Part shown: one piece after another, positions 49,486 to 61,781 of the stretch
Layout of the letters: each line of letters starts with the position of its first letter
Numbering within the stretch: position 1 is the first letter of the stretch
DNA from: Myxococcales bacterium
Lineage (GTDB): Bacteria; Desulfobacterota; Binatia; HRBIN30
Assembly: GCA_037445065.1 (NCBI GenBank)
Contig: JBBILD010000003.1
Span: 173,190 to 237,189, forward strand
Length of the DNA stretch: 64,000 nucleotides
Direction: 5' to 3'
Made by a program: the position numbers and the translations under genes
The notes under the pieces: model-generated
Told to the model about the DNA's origin: nothing
The model's input: the letters and a program-made list of their open reading frames with translations, nothing else
Database searches by the model: none

Positions 49486-49680
49486 ATGGCGGAGTTATTG
49501 CGTCGTTCCGTTCTTTTCCTTCGCGAGGTGCAAGTAGAGTTGGGCAAGGTGCATTGGCCATCGCGCAAAGAAACGTACGCTGCTACAATTATTATTCTTG
49601 TACTGACGTTTTTAATGGCTGCGTATTTGGGTGCTGTGGACTTTGCGGTCTCTCGTGTTCTCCGAATGTTTCTCCAGTAG
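49486..49680 (+). CDS. secE: preprotein translocase subunit SecE
   Basis: FLREVQVELGKVHWPSRKET plus one TM. Confidence 0.95.
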   Translation: MAELLRRSVLFLREVQVELGKVHWPSRKETYAATIIILVLTFLMAAYLGAVDFAVSRVLRMFLQ

Positions 49681-49692
49681 GGTCGACTTGAC

Positions 49693-50235
49693 ATGGGAAA
49701 GCAGTGGTTCGCGGTGCAGACGTACTCCGGCCAAGAACACCGGGCAAAGCAGGCCCTGGAGGAAAAAGTACGGGCATTGGGGAAACAAGATTTGTTCGGC
49801 CCGATCTTGGTTCCCCAGGAAAAAGTGCTGGAGACCGTGCGGGGAAGGAGGCGGCTCGCGTCGAGGCGCTTCTTTCCAGGGTACATCTTGGTGAACATGG
49901 AGATGAATGACGAAACCTGGCACATCGTGCGTTCCACACCCCGGGTTTTAGGGTTTGTTGGTGGAGACGAGGGCGGGCGGAATCCGGCGCCCCTGCGGGA
50001 AGAGGAAGTTCAGGAGATTACTCAGCAAATGGAGGCCGGGGGACTTCGGCCTCGGGTGCGTGCTCAAGTGGAACCGGGTGACTCGGTTAAGGTGGTGAGC
50101 GGCCCGTTTCAAGACTTTTGCGGTGTTGTTGAGGAAGTAAAAGCTGAGAAAGGAAAGGTCACGGTCCTTCTGAACATGTTCGGGGGAAGATCGACTCCAG
50201 TGGAGTTGGACACCTCTCAAGTGGAGAAGATGTAA
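49693..50235 (+). CDS. nusG: transcription termination/antitermination factor NusG
   Basis: WFAVQTYSGQE, FFPGYILV, KOW motif GDSVKVVSGPF. Confidence 0.97.
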   Translation: MGKQWFAVQTYSGQEHRAKQALEEKVRALGKQDLFGPILVPQEKVLETVRGRRRLASRRFFPGYILVNMEMNDETWHIVRSTPRVLGFVGGDEGGRNPAPLREEEVQEITQQMEAGGLRPRVRAQVEPGDSVKVVSGPFQDFCGVVEEVKAEKGKVTVLLNMFGGRSTPVELDTSQVEKM

Positions 50236-50309
50236 GGTCGGACCATGAGTTGGCGATGGATCATGTGCCTTAGCCATTGGCAAAACGAAAACGGTGGTTT
50301 GGGAAGACA

Positions 50310-50738
50310 ATGAAAAAAGTCGTGGCTGAGATTAAGTTGCAGATTCCCGCTGGGCAGGCGAATCCTAGTCCGCCGGTAGGTCCGGCATTGGGCCAGCGCG
50401 GCGTGAACATCATGGAGTTTTGTAAGGCTTTTAATGCCAAGACGCAGGGCCAGCAGGGATTGATCATACCGGTTGTGATCACAGTTTATGCGGACCGGTC
50501 CTTTACCTTTGTAACGAAGACCCCACCGGCTTCTGTTTTACTGAAACGGGTTGCGAACGTTGAGAAGGGCTCTTCAGAGCCAAACAAAACGAAAGTGGGG
50601 CGAGTGACCGGGAAGCAGCTCCGAGAGATTGCCGAACTCAAGATGCCGGATCTAACCGCTGAAACTCTCGAAGCGGCCGTTCGGACAATTGCTGGAACCG
50701 CGAAAAGCATGGGGATTGATGTGGTCGAAGACTCTTGA
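50310..50738 (+). CDS. rplK: 50S ribosomal protein L11
   Basis: [20 protein letters not shown]. Confidence 0.98.
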   Translation: MKKVVAEIKLQIPAGQANPSPPVGPALGQRGVNIMEFCKAFNAKTQGQQGLIIPVVITVYADRSFTFVTKTPPASVLLKRVANVEKGSSEPNKTKVGRVTGKQLREIAELKMPDLTAETLEAAVRTIAGTAKSMGIDVVEDS

Positions 50739-50754
50739 TCAGGGGTGTTGCTTT

Positions 50755-51459
50755 ATGGCGAAGCGGGGAAAACGTTATCGCGAGGCGCTGGGGAAGGTAG
50801 ACCGGACGAAGAAGTATACCCTGGATGATGCGCTTCGGCTAGCGGTAGAAAATGCCACTGCGAAGTTCGATGAGACCATCGAGATGGCGGTGCGGCTAGG
50901 GGTAGATCCTCGCCAGGCGGATCAGAATGTCCGCGGGACCGCTTTATTACCCCACGGGACGGGCCGAGACGTGAGAGTTCTGGTGTTTGCGAAGGGGGAG
51001 AAGGAGCGCGAAGCAAGAGAAGCCGGTGCCGACTTCGTGGGGGGAGAGGAACTAATAAAGAAGGTCAGCGACGGCTGGTTAGAATTCGATGCAGTCGTAG
51101 CTACGCCCGATATGATGGCGCAGGTCGGACGAATCGCCAAGATACTCGGGCCGCGTGGCCTCATGCCGAACCCGAAAACTGGGACGGTGACGTTTGAGGT
51201 CGGAAAGGCGGTACGGGAACTAAGGCTGGCAAGATTGAATTTTCGGGTGGACAAGGCTGGGATTGTTCACGTACCGATAGGGAAAAGGTCCTTTGGCGTC
51301 GAAAGGCTCGCGGAGAACGCGAGAGCGGTGTTGGGTAGTCTGCTGCGAGTCAAGCCTGCCGCTGCGAAGGGTGCATACTTCCGCAGCCTTGCGATTTCGT
51401 CGACTATGGGCCCTGGAGTTAAAGTGGATCCTGGCGTCGCGCGCGCTCTGAGTGCTTGA
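50755..51459 (+). CDS. rplA: 50S ribosomal protein L1
   Basis: [25 protein letters not shown]. Confidence 0.98.
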   Translation: MAKRGKRYREALGKVDRTKKYTLDDALRLAVENATAKFDETIEMAVRLGVDPRQADQNVRGTALLPHGTGRDVRVLVFAKGEKEREAREAGADFVGGEELIKKVSDGWLEFDAVVATPDMMAQVGRIAKILGPRGLMPNPKTGTVTFEVGKAVRELRLARLNFRVDKAGIVHVPIGKRSFGVERLAENARAVLGSLLRVKPAAAKGAYFRSLAISSTMGPGVKVDPGVARALSA

Positions 51460-51475
51460 AGAGAGGTGTTCGAAG

Positions 51476-52000
51476 GTGGATCGTAACCAAAAAGCTGCTT
51501 TGCTGGGGGAGCTTCAGGAGCGACTCAGGAAGGCAGGGATTTTGATTGTATGTCAAGCCACTGCGTTGAATGCGCACAAGACTAGGGAACTGCGACGGGC
51601 GATTCGGAGGGCAGGTGGCGAACTAAAGGTGGCTAAAAACACGATCGTTCGAATAGCGATCGACGGCACAGCGTTTGCGGGGCTGACCCCGTTTTTGCAA
51701 GGTCCTACGAGGCTTGTTTTTGGTTACGGCGATCCGGTTGCGGTTGCGAAGGTGCTCGTGCAATTCGCTCGGGAGGAATCTGAACGGGTTCAGGTTCGAG
51801 CGGCGATTACCAGTGGCAAGCTACTGGACGCGCAGGCGGTGGATGAACTCGCGAAGTTGCCGGAGCGTCCAGTGCTTTTGGGCAGGCTCTTGGCGCTGAT
51901 GCAAACACCGGCCAGCCTTTTGGTGCGGTTACTCCAGGAGCCCGGGGCGCAGGTGGTCCGTGTGCTAAGTCAACGGTCAGAGCAATTAAGGACTGGTTAG
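51476..52000 (+). CDS. rplJ: 50S ribosomal protein L10
   Basis: KVAKNT, LQGPT, LAKLP; position between rplA and rplL. Confidence 0.93.
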   Translation: MDRNQKAALLGELQERLRKAGILIVCQATALNAHKTRELRRAIRRAGGELKVAKNTIVRIAIDGTAFAGLTPFLQGPTRLVFGYGDPVAVAKVLVQFAREESERVQVRAAITSGKLLDAQAVDELAKLPERPVLLGRLLALMQTPASLLVRLLQEPGAQVVRVLSQRSEQLRTG

Positions 52001-52020
52001 AGAATTAAGGAGGTTCGGTG

Positions 52021-52413
52021 ATGGCAGAAGTTACTCGGGAACAGGTTAAAGACTTCATCAAGAATATGAGCCTGCTGGAGGCAGCTGCTCTGGTCAAGGA
52101 GCTGGAAGAAGAGCTGGGAGTGAGCGCGGCCGCTCCCGTTGTTGCCGCAGCGGTGCCAGGTGGCGCTCCGGCTCAGCCTGCAGCCGCCGCTGCTCCGGAG
52201 AAGGATGAGTTCGCGGTCGTCCTTACTGCCGCGGGCGACAAGAAGGTCGGCGTGATCAAAGTAGTGCGAGAGGTAACGGGGCTTGGACTCAAGGAGGCGA
52301 AGGACTTGGTCGATGCTGCCCCGAAAGTGGTGAAAGAGGGCTTGTCGAAGGCGCAGGCAGAGGAGTTGAAGAAAAAGATTGAAGAGGCGGGCGGGACGGC
52401 CGAGATCAAGTAG
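52021..52413 (+). CDS. rplL: 50S ribosomal protein L7/L12
   Basis: [11 protein letters not shown], Ala-rich hinge, [11 protein letters not shown]. Confidence 0.98.
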   Translation: MAEVTREQVKDFIKNMSLLEAAALVKELEEELGVSAAAPVVAAAVPGGAPAQPAAAAAPEKDEFAVVLTAAGDKKVGVIKVVREVTGLGLKEAKDLVDAAPKVVKEGLSKAQAEELKKKIEEAGGTAEIK

Positions 52414-52463
52414 CAAATCCGCGGTTCAGGGTTCTCACCAAGCACGCTTTTGACGGAGTAACT

Positions 52464-55400
52464 ATGGGTATCCGCCTCGGTAGCAACGTTCGTTTTCGCC
52501 GGAATTTTGGTCGCATTAGGCGAATCATTGACATCCCTAATTTGATCGAACTCCAACGCCGTTCGTATCAGGAGTTTCTGCAGCGCGATGTGCCTGAAGC
52601 AGAGCGCAAACTGGTGGGGCTGCAGGGGGTCTTCCGGTCAGTGTTCCCGATTTCCGATTACAATAAGACCGCGCAATTGGAGTTCGTGAGCTACGCGTTG
52701 GGAGAGCCCAAATACACCGTTGAGGAGTGCCATGAAAGGGGAATGACCTATGCTGCTCCTCTGAAAGTAAAAATACAGCTCATTTTGTACCACACATCCG
52801 GCGAGGGTGGGCGCCGGGAGGTGAAAAACGTCAAAGAGCAAGAGGTATACTTTGGCGAGCTACCCTTGATGACTCAGAACGGGACTTTCATGGTCAACGG
52901 CACGGAACGCGTGATCGTAAGCCAGTTGCACCGCTCACCCGGAGTTGTCTTTGATCACGATAAGGGGAAAACGCACGCTAGTGGTAAGCTCTTGTACTCG
53001 GCGCGGATCATGCCCTACCGCGGCTCTTGGTTGGACTTTGAGTTCGATCCGCGGGATCTGATCTACGTCCGGATTGATCGGCGACGGAAGTTTCACGCAA
53101 CGATTTTGTTGCGTGCACTGGGTATGAGTGGCGAAGACATCCTGAACTACTTCTACCAGACCGAGAAAATCGTAATCGAAGGAGAAAGGCTGTTTCGTGA
53201 GTTCCGGCCGGAGGTCCTAAAAGGCTCCAGGGCAACAAAAGATATTCGTGGCCCGGGTGGGGAGTTGATCGTCCGCGAAGGTCGGATGATCACGGACGTC
53301 GTTGTGCAACAGATGGAGCGTGCAGGCATTGGGCGAGAGCCTGCCACAGTAAACGACGTTGTTGGCCGCATTCTAGCTCGTGATGTCGTCGATCCAGTAA
53401 CTGGAGAAGTGATCGGTGAATGTAATCACGAGGTGACGCCTGATTTATTGCAGGCGCTTCGCAATCACGGAATTGATTCCTTTGAAGTCCTATTGATTGA
53501 TGAGTTCACTGGCGCGGCGTTGCGAAATACTTTGTTGGCGGATGGCGTAGATAACCCCGAGCAGGCCATTCTTGAAATCTACCGGCGGATGCGGCCAGGG
53601 GAGCCACCTACGATCGAAAGCGCGACCGCGTTTTTCAATAATTTGTTCTTCAACCCGGAGCGTTACGATCTTTCGAAAGTTGGCCGGCTCAAACTGAATC
53701 ACAAGCTTCGACTGAGTGTTCCTTTGGATCAAGGGACGCTGCGTCGGGAAGATATTCTCGAGGTAGTGCGGTACCTGATTGAATTGCGGAATGGGCGCGG
53801 TACCACAGACGACATTGACCATTTGGGGAACCGGCGGGTGCGCGCTGTTGGCGAACTGGTGGAGAATCAGTTCCGTTTGGGTTTGGTGCGAATGGAGCGT
53901 GCCATCAAAGAGCGGATGGGCATGCACGATGTCGAGACTCTGATGCCACAAGAACTGATTAACTATAAACCGGTCTCGGCGGTCGTTAAAGAATTTTTCG
54001 GCTCGAGCCAGTTGTCGCAATTTATGGATCAGACGAATCCCTTGTCTGAGATCACTCACAAGCGACGGCTTTCAGCTTTAGGTCCGGGTGGACTTACGCG
54101 CGAACGCGCGGGATTCGAGGTTCGCGATGTTCACCCTACGCATTATGGAAGGATCTGTCCAATCGAGACTCCCGAGGGGCCAAATATCGGCTTGATCGCA
54201 TCGCTCTCAACGTACGCCAGGGTAAACGAGTTTGGTTTCCTGGAGACGCCCTACAGGGAAGTGGAAAACGGCCGGGTGACGGATCGGGTCAGGTACCTCT
54301 CAGCACTGGACGAAGAAGATTTTCCAATTGCTCAGGCAAATGCTGCAATTGATTCGCGAGGGCATTTTCTCAGTGACACTGTGCCAGTGCGTTTCCGAGG
54401 GGAGTTTACGGTGGTACGTGCGGACGCAGTACGGTTCATGGACGTTTCGCCGAACCAGCTTGTGAGTGTAGCTGCGTCTCTGATCCCTTTCCTGGAAAAT
54501 GACGATGCGAATCGTGCCCTGATGGGATCGAACATGCAGCGGCAAGCGGTTCCTTTGTTGCGGACCGATGCCCCTTTAGTTGGCACGGGAATGGAAAGGA
54601 TCGTCGCGCGCGACGCCGGGGTGACCGTGCTTGCCCGGCGCTCGGGCGTTGTTGAAAGCGTTGATGCTTCCCGTATTGTCGTCAAGGTGGACCGTCCGCG
54701 AGAAGGCGAGCCACCAGTGGACATCTACAATTTGGTCAAGTACCAGCGTTCGAACCAGAGCACTTGCGTGAACCAAAAGCCTGTCGTTGCCGAGGGGGAC
54801 CATGTTGAAGCGGGCGACATCATCGCGGACGGGCCGTCAACTGAGCTAGGAGAGTTGGCGCTCGGCCGTAACGTCGTTGTCGCCTTCATGCCATGGGGAG
54901 GATATAATTTTGAGGACTCGATCCTCGTGAGCGAACGATTGGTGAAGGACGATTACTTCACCTCCGTGCATATCGAGGAGTTTGAGTGCGTTGCCCGCGA
55001 CACGAAGCTTGGACCTGAAGAGATTACCCGCGACATCCCGAACGTTGGTGAAGATGCTTTGAAGGACCTGGACGAAAGCGGGATCGTCCGGATTGGCGCA
55101 GAAGTAAAGCCCGGTGACATTCTCGTTGGCAAGATCACACCGAAAGGCGAGACGCAGCTGTCTCCGGAAGAAAAATTGCTGCGCGCGATTTTTGGGGAAA
55201 AGGCTGGTGAAGTGCGGGATACTTCGCTGCGTGTACCTCCTGGTGTTGAGGGCATTGTGGTGAACGCGCGCGTTTTTTCGCGGAAGGGCGTGGCCAAAGA
55301 CGAGCGAGCAAAGCGGATCGAAGAACAGGAGATACGCCGCTTGCAGAAGGATCTTGAGGACGAACAAAGAATCGTCCGTAATGCGGCGCTGAAAAGGCTG

Positions 55401-56576
55401 AAGCGGTTGCTGGTTGGTAAGAGGACTGAGGCCCGTCTCACCGACGACGGGAAAAAGGTGCTTCTACCCAAGGGGCACGAATTAACAGCAGAGGACTTGG
55501 AATCCCTGCCGGTATCGCTTTGGAGTGAGGTTCGTATTGGAGACGAAGACCTCGAGCGTGAGGTGTGCCAGCTAGCGGAGAGTGTGCAAGAACAGCTCTC
55601 TTTAATTCAAGCCGGTATCCAGGAGCGGATCGAGCGATTGCGCGGCGGGGACGAATTGCCCCCGGGCGTCATTAAAATGGTCAAAGTCTTTGTTGCCATG
55701 AAGCGACGGCTGCAAGTGGGGGACAAGATGGCTGGTCGCCACGGGAACAAGGGCGTTCTTTCGCGGATTCTTCCGGAAGAGGACATGCCCTACCTGGAGG
55801 ACGGTACCCCAGTTGATATCGTTTTGAACCCTCTCGGCGTTCCGTCCCGAATGAATGTCGGCCAAATCCTGGAGACACATCTGGGATGGGCTGTGCATCT
55901 CTTGGGGCAGCAGCTGTGGACTCTTGCGCTCGAGGCCGAGAGAACGGGGAATACTGCGGAGCTGCGTTCTCGGATGAAAGAGCTTTACGGAAAGGAGTTT
56001 GCGGCCACGATCGACGGGTTGAGAGACGTGGATCTTGTTCGGCTAGCAAAGGGGGCAAGGCGTGGATTGCACGTAGCGTCTCCAGTGTTTGACGGGGTGT
56101 CGGAGGAAGAGATTCGGAGTCTGCTGCAAAAGGCTAAGTTGCCTGTGACTGGCCAGGCTGTTCTGAGAGACGGGCGTACCGGGGAGCCCTTTGCTCACCC
56201 TGTGACAGTGGGGGTCATGTACATGATGAAGCTGCATCACCTTGTTGACGATAAAATTCACGCAAGATCGACCGGGCCGTACTCGTTGGTGACGCAGCAG
56301 CCGCTTGGTGGAAAAGCACAGTTCGGTGGGCAGCGGTTGGGCGAAATGGAGGTTTGGGCATTGGAGGCTTATGGTGCTGCCTACACTTTGCAAGAAATGC
56401 TTACTGTAAAGTCCGACGATGTGGCCGGGCGGACGAGAATGTATGAAGCAATCGTCAAGGGTGAGAACGTTTTGGAACCTGGCCTTCCCGAGTCATTCAA
56501 CGTGATGCTGAAAGAGCTTCAGAGCCTGGCACTAGATGTGGAACTAATCCCAGAGGAAGGGGCGGCTAAGGTTTGA
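52464..56576 (+). CDS. rpoB: RNA polymerase beta subunit
   Basis: [39 protein letters not shown]. Confidence 0.99.
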   Translation: MGIRLGSNVRFRRNFGRIRRIIDIPNLIELQRRSYQEFLQRDVPEAERKLVGLQGVFRSVFPISDYNKTAQLEFVSYALGEPKYTVEECHERGMTYAAPLKVKIQLILYHTSGEGGRREVKNVKEQEVYFGELPLMTQNGTFMVNGTERVIVSQLHRSPGVVFDHDKGKTHASGKLLYSARIMPYRGSWLDFEFDPRDLIYVRIDRRRKFHATILLRALGMSGEDILNYFYQTEKIVIEGERLFREFRPEVLKGSRATKDIRGPGGELIVREGRMITDVVVQQMERAGIGREPATVNDVVGRILARDVVDPVTGEVIGECNHEVTPDLLQALRNHGIDSFEVLLIDEFTGAALRNTLLADGVDNPEQAILEIYRRMRPGEPPTIESATAFFNNLFFNPERYDLSKVGRLKLNHKLRLSVPLDQGTLRREDILEVVRYLIELRNGRGTTDDIDHLGNRRVRAVGELVENQFRLGLVRMERAIKERMGMHDVETLMPQELINYKPVSAVVKEFFGSSQLSQFMDQTNPLSEITHKRRLSALGPGGLTRERAGFEVRDVHPTHYGRICPIETPEGPNIGLIASLSTYARVNEFGFLETPYREVENGRVTDRVRYLSALDEEDFPIAQANAAIDSRGHFLSDTVPVRFRGEFTVVRADAVRFMDVSPNQLVSVAASLIPFLENDDANRALMGSNMQRQAVPLLRTDAPLVGTGMERIVARDAGVTVLARRSGVVESVDASRIVVKVDRPREGEPPVDIYNLVKYQRSNQSTCVNQKPVVAEGDHVEAGDIIADGPSTELGELALGRNVVVAFMPWGGYNFEDSILVSERLVKDDYFTSVHIEEFECVARDTKLGPEEITRDIPNVGEDALKDLDESGIVRIGAEVKPGDILVGKITPKGETQLSPEEKLLRAIFGEKAGEVRDTSLRVPPGVEGIVVNARVFSRKGVAKDERAKRIEEQEIRRLQKDLEDEQRIVRNAALKRLKRLLVGKRTEARLTDDGKKVLLPKGHELTAEDLESLPVSLWSEVRIGDEDLEREVCQLAESVQEQLSLIQAGIQERIERLRGGDELPPGVIKMVKVFVAMKRRLQVGDKMAGRHGNKGVLSRILPEEDMPYLEDGTPVDIVLNPLGVPSRMNVGQILETHLGWAVHLLGQQLWTLALEAERTGNTAELRSRMKELYGKEFAATIDGLRDVDLVRLAKGARRGLHVASPVFDGVSEEEIRSLLQKAKLPVTGQAVLRDGRTGEPFAHPVTVGVMYMMKLHHLVDDKIHARSTGPYSLVTQQPLGGKAQFGGQRLGEMEVWALEAYGAAYTLQEMLTVKSDDVAGRTRMYEAIVKGENVLEPGLPESFNVMLKELQSLALDVELIPEEGAAKV

Positions 56577-56633
56577 TCGAATCGGTGTGGACTCAAGCAA
56601 CAGGGCGACCGCTAAGGAGCGAGGTGCGTGCCA

Positions 56634-59600
56634 ATGGATGATCTTTTCCCTTTGTTCGAAAAGCCTAAAAACCCACTGCAGTTTGCGGCTCTGCGCATTT
56701 CAATCGCTTCCCCGGAAAAAATCAGATCGTGGTCGCATGGGGAGGTGAAGAAACCCGAGACGATCAACTACCGCACCTTCAAACCGGAGCGCGACGGACT
56801 CTTCTGCGCAAAAATTTTCGGGCCGACCAAAGATTACGAGTGCAACTGTGGGAAATACAAGCGGATGCGGCACCGTGGCGTTGTGTGTGAAAAATGCGGT
56901 GTCGAGGTGATTCAATCCAAAGTCCGCCGTGAGCGCATGGGACACATTGAGCTGGCTTCTCCCGTGGCACACATCTGGTTCCTGAAGAGCCTCCCCAGCC
57001 GAATCGGCACGCTTCTCGATATGACCTTAAAAGAACTCGAGAAGGTACTGTATTTTGAGCAGTACGTAGTCACGGACCCTGGGAAGACTCCGTTAACGTA
57101 CAAGGAACTTTTATCCGAAACGCGTTATCGGAAAGCGCGGGAGGAGTTCGGTGACGGATTCAAAGCCGAAATGGGCGCTGAAGCAATTCGTACCCTTCTC
57201 CAACAGATCGATGTTGAGGAGCTGGCGAAACAGCTTCGAGTTGAGATGCGGGAGGTGGCCAGCGAGGCCAAGCGCAAGAAAATTGCCAAGCGCCTGAAAG
57301 TCGTAAACGCGTTCCGAAACTCGGGGAATAAGCCTGAATGGATGATCCTGGAGGTCATTCCAGTAATTCCGCCCGACTTGAGACCGCTTGTGCCATTGGA
57401 TGGAGGACGTTTTGCCACGTCCGACCTTAACGATTTGTATCGGCGCGTGATCAACCGGAACAACCGACTTAAGAGGCTCGTTGAATTGAACGCGCCGGAT
57501 ATCATCGTTCGGAACGAGAAGCGAATGTTGCAAGAGGCAGTGGATGCGCTGTTTGATAACGGGCGGCGGGGTAGGGCGATCACGGGAGCTAACAAGCGGC
57601 CACTGAAGTCTCTTTCGGACATGCTGAAGGGAAAGACGGGTCGCTTCCGACAGAACCTGTTAGGTAAACGCGTGGACTACTCTGGTCGCTCGGTCATCGT
57701 TGTGGGTCCAGAGCTACGTTTACACCAGTGTGGTTTGCCGAAGAAGATGGCGCTCGAGCTTTTTAAGCCATTTATTTATAATAAATTAGAAGAGCGCGGC
57801 TTAGCGACAACGATTAAAAGTGCCAAAAAGCTGGTGGAGAAGGAGAAAGAAGAAGTTTGGGATGTCCTGGACGAGGTGATCCGGGAGCACCCTGTTCTCC
57901 TCAATCGCGCGCCGACCCTGCACCGTCTTGGGATTCAGGCCTTTGAGCCGCTGTTGATTGAGGGTAAGGCCATTCAGTTACACCCACTGGTTTGCGCTGC
58001 TTATAACGCAGACTTTGACGGGGATCAGATGGCCGTCCATGTGCCCTTGTCTGTGGAAGCGCAGGTGGAATCTCGTGTGCTCATGATGTCCACCAACAAC
58101 ATCCTCTCTCCGGCAAACGGCAAACCGATCATTGTTCCGTCGCAGGACATTGTTCTCGGTTTGTATTGGATGACAAGGGAGCGACCGTTTGCAAAAGGAG
58201 CCGGTCGTAGGTTCTCAAGCCCGGCCGAAGTTCGCGTAGCGTATGACCAGGGAGAGGTTGACGTCCAAGCCCGGATTTTTGTCCGGATTGACGGCAACAT
58301 GACGGAAACCACTGTGGGGCGTGTGCTCCTGTATGAAATCGTTCCGCCGCAGATTCCCTTCCGCGAGGTCAACCGAGTTATGAAGAAGAAAGAGCTCGCG
58401 GAAATTATCGACCTCTCGTATCGAAATGCTGGGACCAAGGCGACGGTCATCTTTGCTGATCGCCTGAAAGATCTTGGGTATGAATACGCTACGCGTGCTG
58501 GGATCTCTATCTCGATCAAGGACATGGTCATCCCTCAAAACAAGAACAAGTTGTTACGTGAGGCGGAAGAGCGGCTTAAAGAGATCGATGAGCAATATAA
58601 CCACGGCCTCATCACGCAGGGCGAGCGGTACAATAAGGTAATCGACCTGTGGGCTGAGATCACCGACCGGGTGGCGGCAGAAATGATGCGTGAACTCGAA
58701 ACAGAGGAGGTAGCGGCCCCCGACGGTAAGCGGATCACGATTACGAGTTTCAATCCGATTTATATGATGGCCGATTCGGGTGCGCGCGGAAGTGCACAGC
58801 AGATCCGTCAGTTGGCCGCTATGCGTGGACTGATGGCGAAGCCATCGGGCGAGATCATTGAAACGCCGATCACTGCCAACTTCCGCGAAGGCTTGACAGT
58901 ACTGCAGTACTTTATTTCGACCCACGGTGCGAGAAAGGGGCTTGCAGATACGGCTCTCAAGACTGCCAATTCGGGTTACCTCACTCGTAGGCTTGTCGAC
59001 GTGGCGCAAGACTCCATCATATCAGAGTTAGATTGTGGAACCTTAGATGGAATTGAGATGACCCCCCTTGTGGAAGGCGGCGAGGTCATCGAGGGGCTCG
59101 GAGATCGTATCTTGGGCAGGGTGGCCCTTGAGGATGTCCGCGACAGATACACGGGTGAGATCATTGTTCGCGCCAATCAAGAAGTAACGGAGGATGTAGT
59201 TCGGAGAATTGAGGATGCGGGCATTGAGCGAATGAAAATTCGCTCCGTGTTGACGTGCCAGTCACGAAGGGGGGTCTGTGCGTTGTGCTACGGGCGAGAT
59301 CTGGCACGCGGCCAGCTGGTGAACCTTGGCGAGGCGATCGGCGTGATTGCGGCTCAGTCGATCGGGGAACCGGGGACACAGTTGACGATGCGTACGTTTC
59401 ATATCGGTGGGGCTGCGAGCCGACGCGCCGAGCAGACGACTTTAGAGGTTCGCACAGAGGGTGTCTTACGATTCGTGAACGCTCAAGTGGTCGAAAATCG
59501 CGAGGGTGACCTCGTGGTCATGAATCGGAACGCCGAGTTGTTGGTCGTCGAAGTGTCTGATGACGGCCGAGAGAGAGAGCGAGAACGATACCCCCTAGTC

Positions 59601-60776
59601 TATGGTGCGAAGCTGAAGAAGCGAGAGTATTCGCGGGTGAAACCTGGAGAGTTGGTCGCAGAGTGGGACCCTTACACGACTCCGATGCTTACTGAGGTCT
59701 CTGGTGTCGCACGGTTTGTGGACATTATTGAGGGTCAGACCATGGAGGAGAAGGTTGACGAGCGCACTGGTCTAGCGATGCGTGTCATCGTCGACTTCAA
59801 GGACCTCGATAAACAACCCCGGATTGTTATCGAACCGGAGCCCGGCCAAGCGACATCGGATGCGGAATCAGAAGGGGGGCGGCGTGTGTATTTGCTTCCA
59901 GTGGGTGCTCACATTGCGGTCACGCCCGACCGAAAGGTCTATGCGGGAGATGTGATTGCAAAAATTCCGCGTGAAACGACAAAGACGAAGGATATCACGG
60001 GTGGCCTACCTAGAGTTGCGGAGCTGTTCGAAGCGCGTAAACCGAAAGAGTACGCTGTGATTAGCGAGATTGACGGTGTGGTTTCGTTTGGCAAGGACAC
60101 CAAAGGGAAACGTAAGGTGGTAGTTACACCAGACGTTGGCGAGCCGCGTGAGTACCTAATCCCAAAAGGAAAACATATTAGCGTGCACGAGGGTGATCGA
60201 GTTAGGGCAGGAGAGCCCTTGATGGATGGTTCCCCAAACCCGCACGACATTTTGAACGTGCTGGGAGTTAAGGCGTTGGCCAAGTTTTTGGTTGACGGAA
60301 TCCAGGAAATCTACCGGCTGCAAGGGGTGCGGATCAACGATAAGCACGTAGAGGTCATCGTAAGACAGATGCTTCGTCGGGTCCGGATCAAGGAGGTGGG
60401 TGACACTGATTTCCTGGTAGGGGAGCATGTTGAAAAATGGCAGTTTGAGGAAGAAAACGAGCGTGTCAAGAAGGCGGGTGGCCGTCCAGCGACCTGTGAG
60501 CCATTGCTCCTTGGGATCACGAAGGCCAGCCTGTCGACGGAAAGTTTTATTTCGGCTGCATCCTTTCAAGAGACAACGAAGGTTCTCACAGAAGCGGCCA
60601 TCAACGGGAAGATTGACCGGCTGGTCGGGCTAAAGGAGAACGTGATTATGGGGCGGTTGATTCCCGCAGGTACGGGAATGCCTAAGTACCGGTCAATGCA
60701 GCTGCTCATTGATGGGCAAGTTCCAGAGGCGCAGGAAGAAGCAGGCACGGCAACACCGGAAACGGCGCAGATTTAG
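56634..60776 (+). CDS. rpoC: RNA polymerase beta' subunit
   Basis: [10 protein letters not shown] catalytic motif, N-terminal zinc finger. Confidence 0.99.
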   Translation: MDDLFPLFEKPKNPLQFAALRISIASPEKIRSWSHGEVKKPETINYRTFKPERDGLFCAKIFGPTKDYECNCGKYKRMRHRGVVCEKCGVEVIQSKVRRERMGHIELASPVAHIWFLKSLPSRIGTLLDMTLKELEKVLYFEQYVVTDPGKTPLTYKELLSETRYRKAREEFGDGFKAEMGAEAIRTLLQQIDVEELAKQLRVEMREVASEAKRKKIAKRLKVVNAFRNSGNKPEWMILEVIPVIPPDLRPLVPLDGGRFATSDLNDLYRRVINRNNRLKRLVELNAPDIIVRNEKRMLQEAVDALFDNGRRGRAITGANKRPLKSLSDMLKGKTGRFRQNLLGKRVDYSGRSVIVVGPELRLHQCGLPKKMALELFKPFIYNKLEERGLATTIKSAKKLVEKEKEEVWDVLDEVIREHPVLLNRAPTLHRLGIQAFEPLLIEGKAIQLHPLVCAAYNADFDGDQMAVHVPLSVEAQVESRVLMMSTNNILSPANGKPIIVPSQDIVLGLYWMTRERPFAKGAGRRFSSPAEVRVAYDQGEVDVQARIFVRIDGNMTETTVGRVLLYEIVPPQIPFREVNRVMKKKELAEIIDLSYRNAGTKATVIFADRLKDLGYEYATRAGISISIKDMVIPQNKNKLLREAEERLKEIDEQYNHGLITQGERYNKVIDLWAEITDRVAAEMMRELETEEVAAPDGKRITITSFNPIYMMADSGARGSAQQIRQLAAMRGLMAKPSGEIIETPITANFREGLTVLQYFISTHGARKGLADTALKTANSGYLTRRLVDVAQDSIISELDCGTLDGIEMTPLVEGGEVIEGLGDRILGRVALEDVRDRYTGEIIVRANQEVTEDVVRRIEDAGIERMKIRSVLTCQSRRGVCALCYGRDLARGQLVNLGEAIGVIAAQSIGEPGTQLTMRTFHIGGAASRRAEQTTLEVRTEGVLRFVNAQVVENREGDLVVMNRNAELLVVEVSDDGRERERERYPLVYGAKLKKREYSRVKPGELVAEWDPYTTPMLTEVSGVARFVDIIEGQTMEEKVDERTGLAMRVIVDFKDLDKQPRIVIEPEPGQATSDAESEGGRRVYLLPVGAHIAVTPDRKVYAGDVIAKIPRETTKTKDITGGLPRVAELFEARKPKEYAVISEIDGVVSFGKDTKGKRKVVVTPDVGEPREYLIPKGKHISVHEGDRVRAGEPLMDGSPNPHDILNVLGVKALAKFLVDGIQEIYRLQGVRINDKHVEVIVRQMLRRVRIKEVGDTDFLVGEHVEKWQFEEENERVKKAGGRPATCEPLLLGITKASLSTESFISAASFQETTKVLTEAAINGKIDRLVGLKENVIMGRLIPAGTGMPKYRSMQLLIDGQVPEAQEEAGTATPETAQI

Positions 60777-60832
60777 TTGACATTAGCTTGCGCGCCATCT
60801 AACTAAAGAAGTTCCCGTTTGACGGGTTGATG

Positions 60833-60864
60833 GCTCCAGCTGGATCCAGCCGGAGCTTTCTTTT
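60833..60864 (+). terminator. intrinsic terminator-like hairpin between rpoC and rpsL
   Basis: GCTCC-A-GCTG-GATC-CAGC-C-GGAGC followed by TTTCTTTT. Confidence 0.55.
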
Positions 60865-60885
60865 GGCTTTTTCGGAGTTTGTCTT

Positions 60886-61257
60886 ATGCCCACAATCAAT
60901 CAGTTGGTAAAGCGAGGTCGTGTGGTCCAGCGGCGGCGGACAACTGCGCCTGCCCTTCAGGGGTGTCCCCAGAAAAGAGGCGTGTGTACGAGGGTTTATA
61001 CGCAGACTCCCAAAAAGCCGAATTCTGCGTTGCGGAAAGTAGCCCGTGTGAGACTCACCAACGGGATTGAAGTTACGACGTACATTCCAGGCATCGGTCA
61101 CAACTTGCAGGAACACTCGGTGGTCTTGATCCGTGGTGGGCGAGTGAAGGACCTACCTGGCGTACGTTATCACGTTATTCGCGGGGCGCTGGACTCCGTG
61201 GGAGTTGCGGACCGGCGCAAGGGGCGATCGAAGTACGGGACGAAACGGCCGAAGTAG
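60886..61257 (+). CDS. rpsL: 30S ribosomal protein S12
   Basis: [25 protein letters not shown]. Confidence 0.99.
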   Translation: MPTINQLVKRGRVVQRRRTTAPALQGCPQKRGVCTRVYTQTPKKPNSALRKVARVRLTNGIEVTTYIPGIGHNLQEHSVVLIRGGRVKDLPGVRYHVIRGALDSVGVADRRKGRSKYGTKRPK

Positions 61258-61270
61258 GGAGTTGGGTGTT

Positions 61271-61741
61271 ATGCCACGCAAAGGTGAGGTGAAGATACGG
61301 GAAATTACACCCGATCCGAAGTTTCATGACCGGGGCGTCGCCAAGTTTATCAACGTATTGATGCAGCGAGGTAAGAAGAGTTTGGCGGAACGTATTCTAT
61401 ACGGCTCGTTCGAAATCATCGAACGACGTACGAAAGAAGACCCCTTAGCAGTTTTCCGTCGCGCGCTGGACAACGTGAAGCCGAGTCAGGAGGTTAGGTC
61501 CCGGCGCGTCGGGGGGGCGACCTACCAAGTGCCAATGGAAGTGCGACCCGTTCGGAAAAACTCCCTAGCGATGCGCTGGATCGTTCAGGCGGCACGTGCT
61601 CGTGCTGAGCGCTCCATGGTGGAGCGTCTGGCCGGGGAGCTGATCGAAGCTGCGAATGGCCGCGGTGGCGCGGTGAGGAAGAAAGAAGAAACCCATAAGA
61701 TGGCGGAAGCAAATAAGGCCTTCGCCCACTACCGTTGGTAA
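61271..61741 (+). CDS. rpsG: 30S ribosomal protein S7
   Basis: [26 protein letters not shown]. Confidence 0.99.
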   Translation: MPRKGEVKIREITPDPKFHDRGVAKFINVLMQRGKKSLAERILYGSFEIIERRTKEDPLAVFRRALDNVKPSQEVRSRRVGGATYQVPMEVRPVRKNSLAMRWIVQAARARAERSMVERLAGELIEAANGRGGAVRKKEETHKMAEANKAFAHYRW

Positions 61742-61781
61742 CTGCTCCCAAAGCAAAGCTGGTCGTAGGATATGGATAGTT

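Noticed and set aside
54000..54200. Rifampicin or streptomycin resistance substitutions in rpoB and rpsL
   Set aside because: The rpoB cluster I/II residues and the rpsL PKKPNS and RVKDLPG motifs look wild type.
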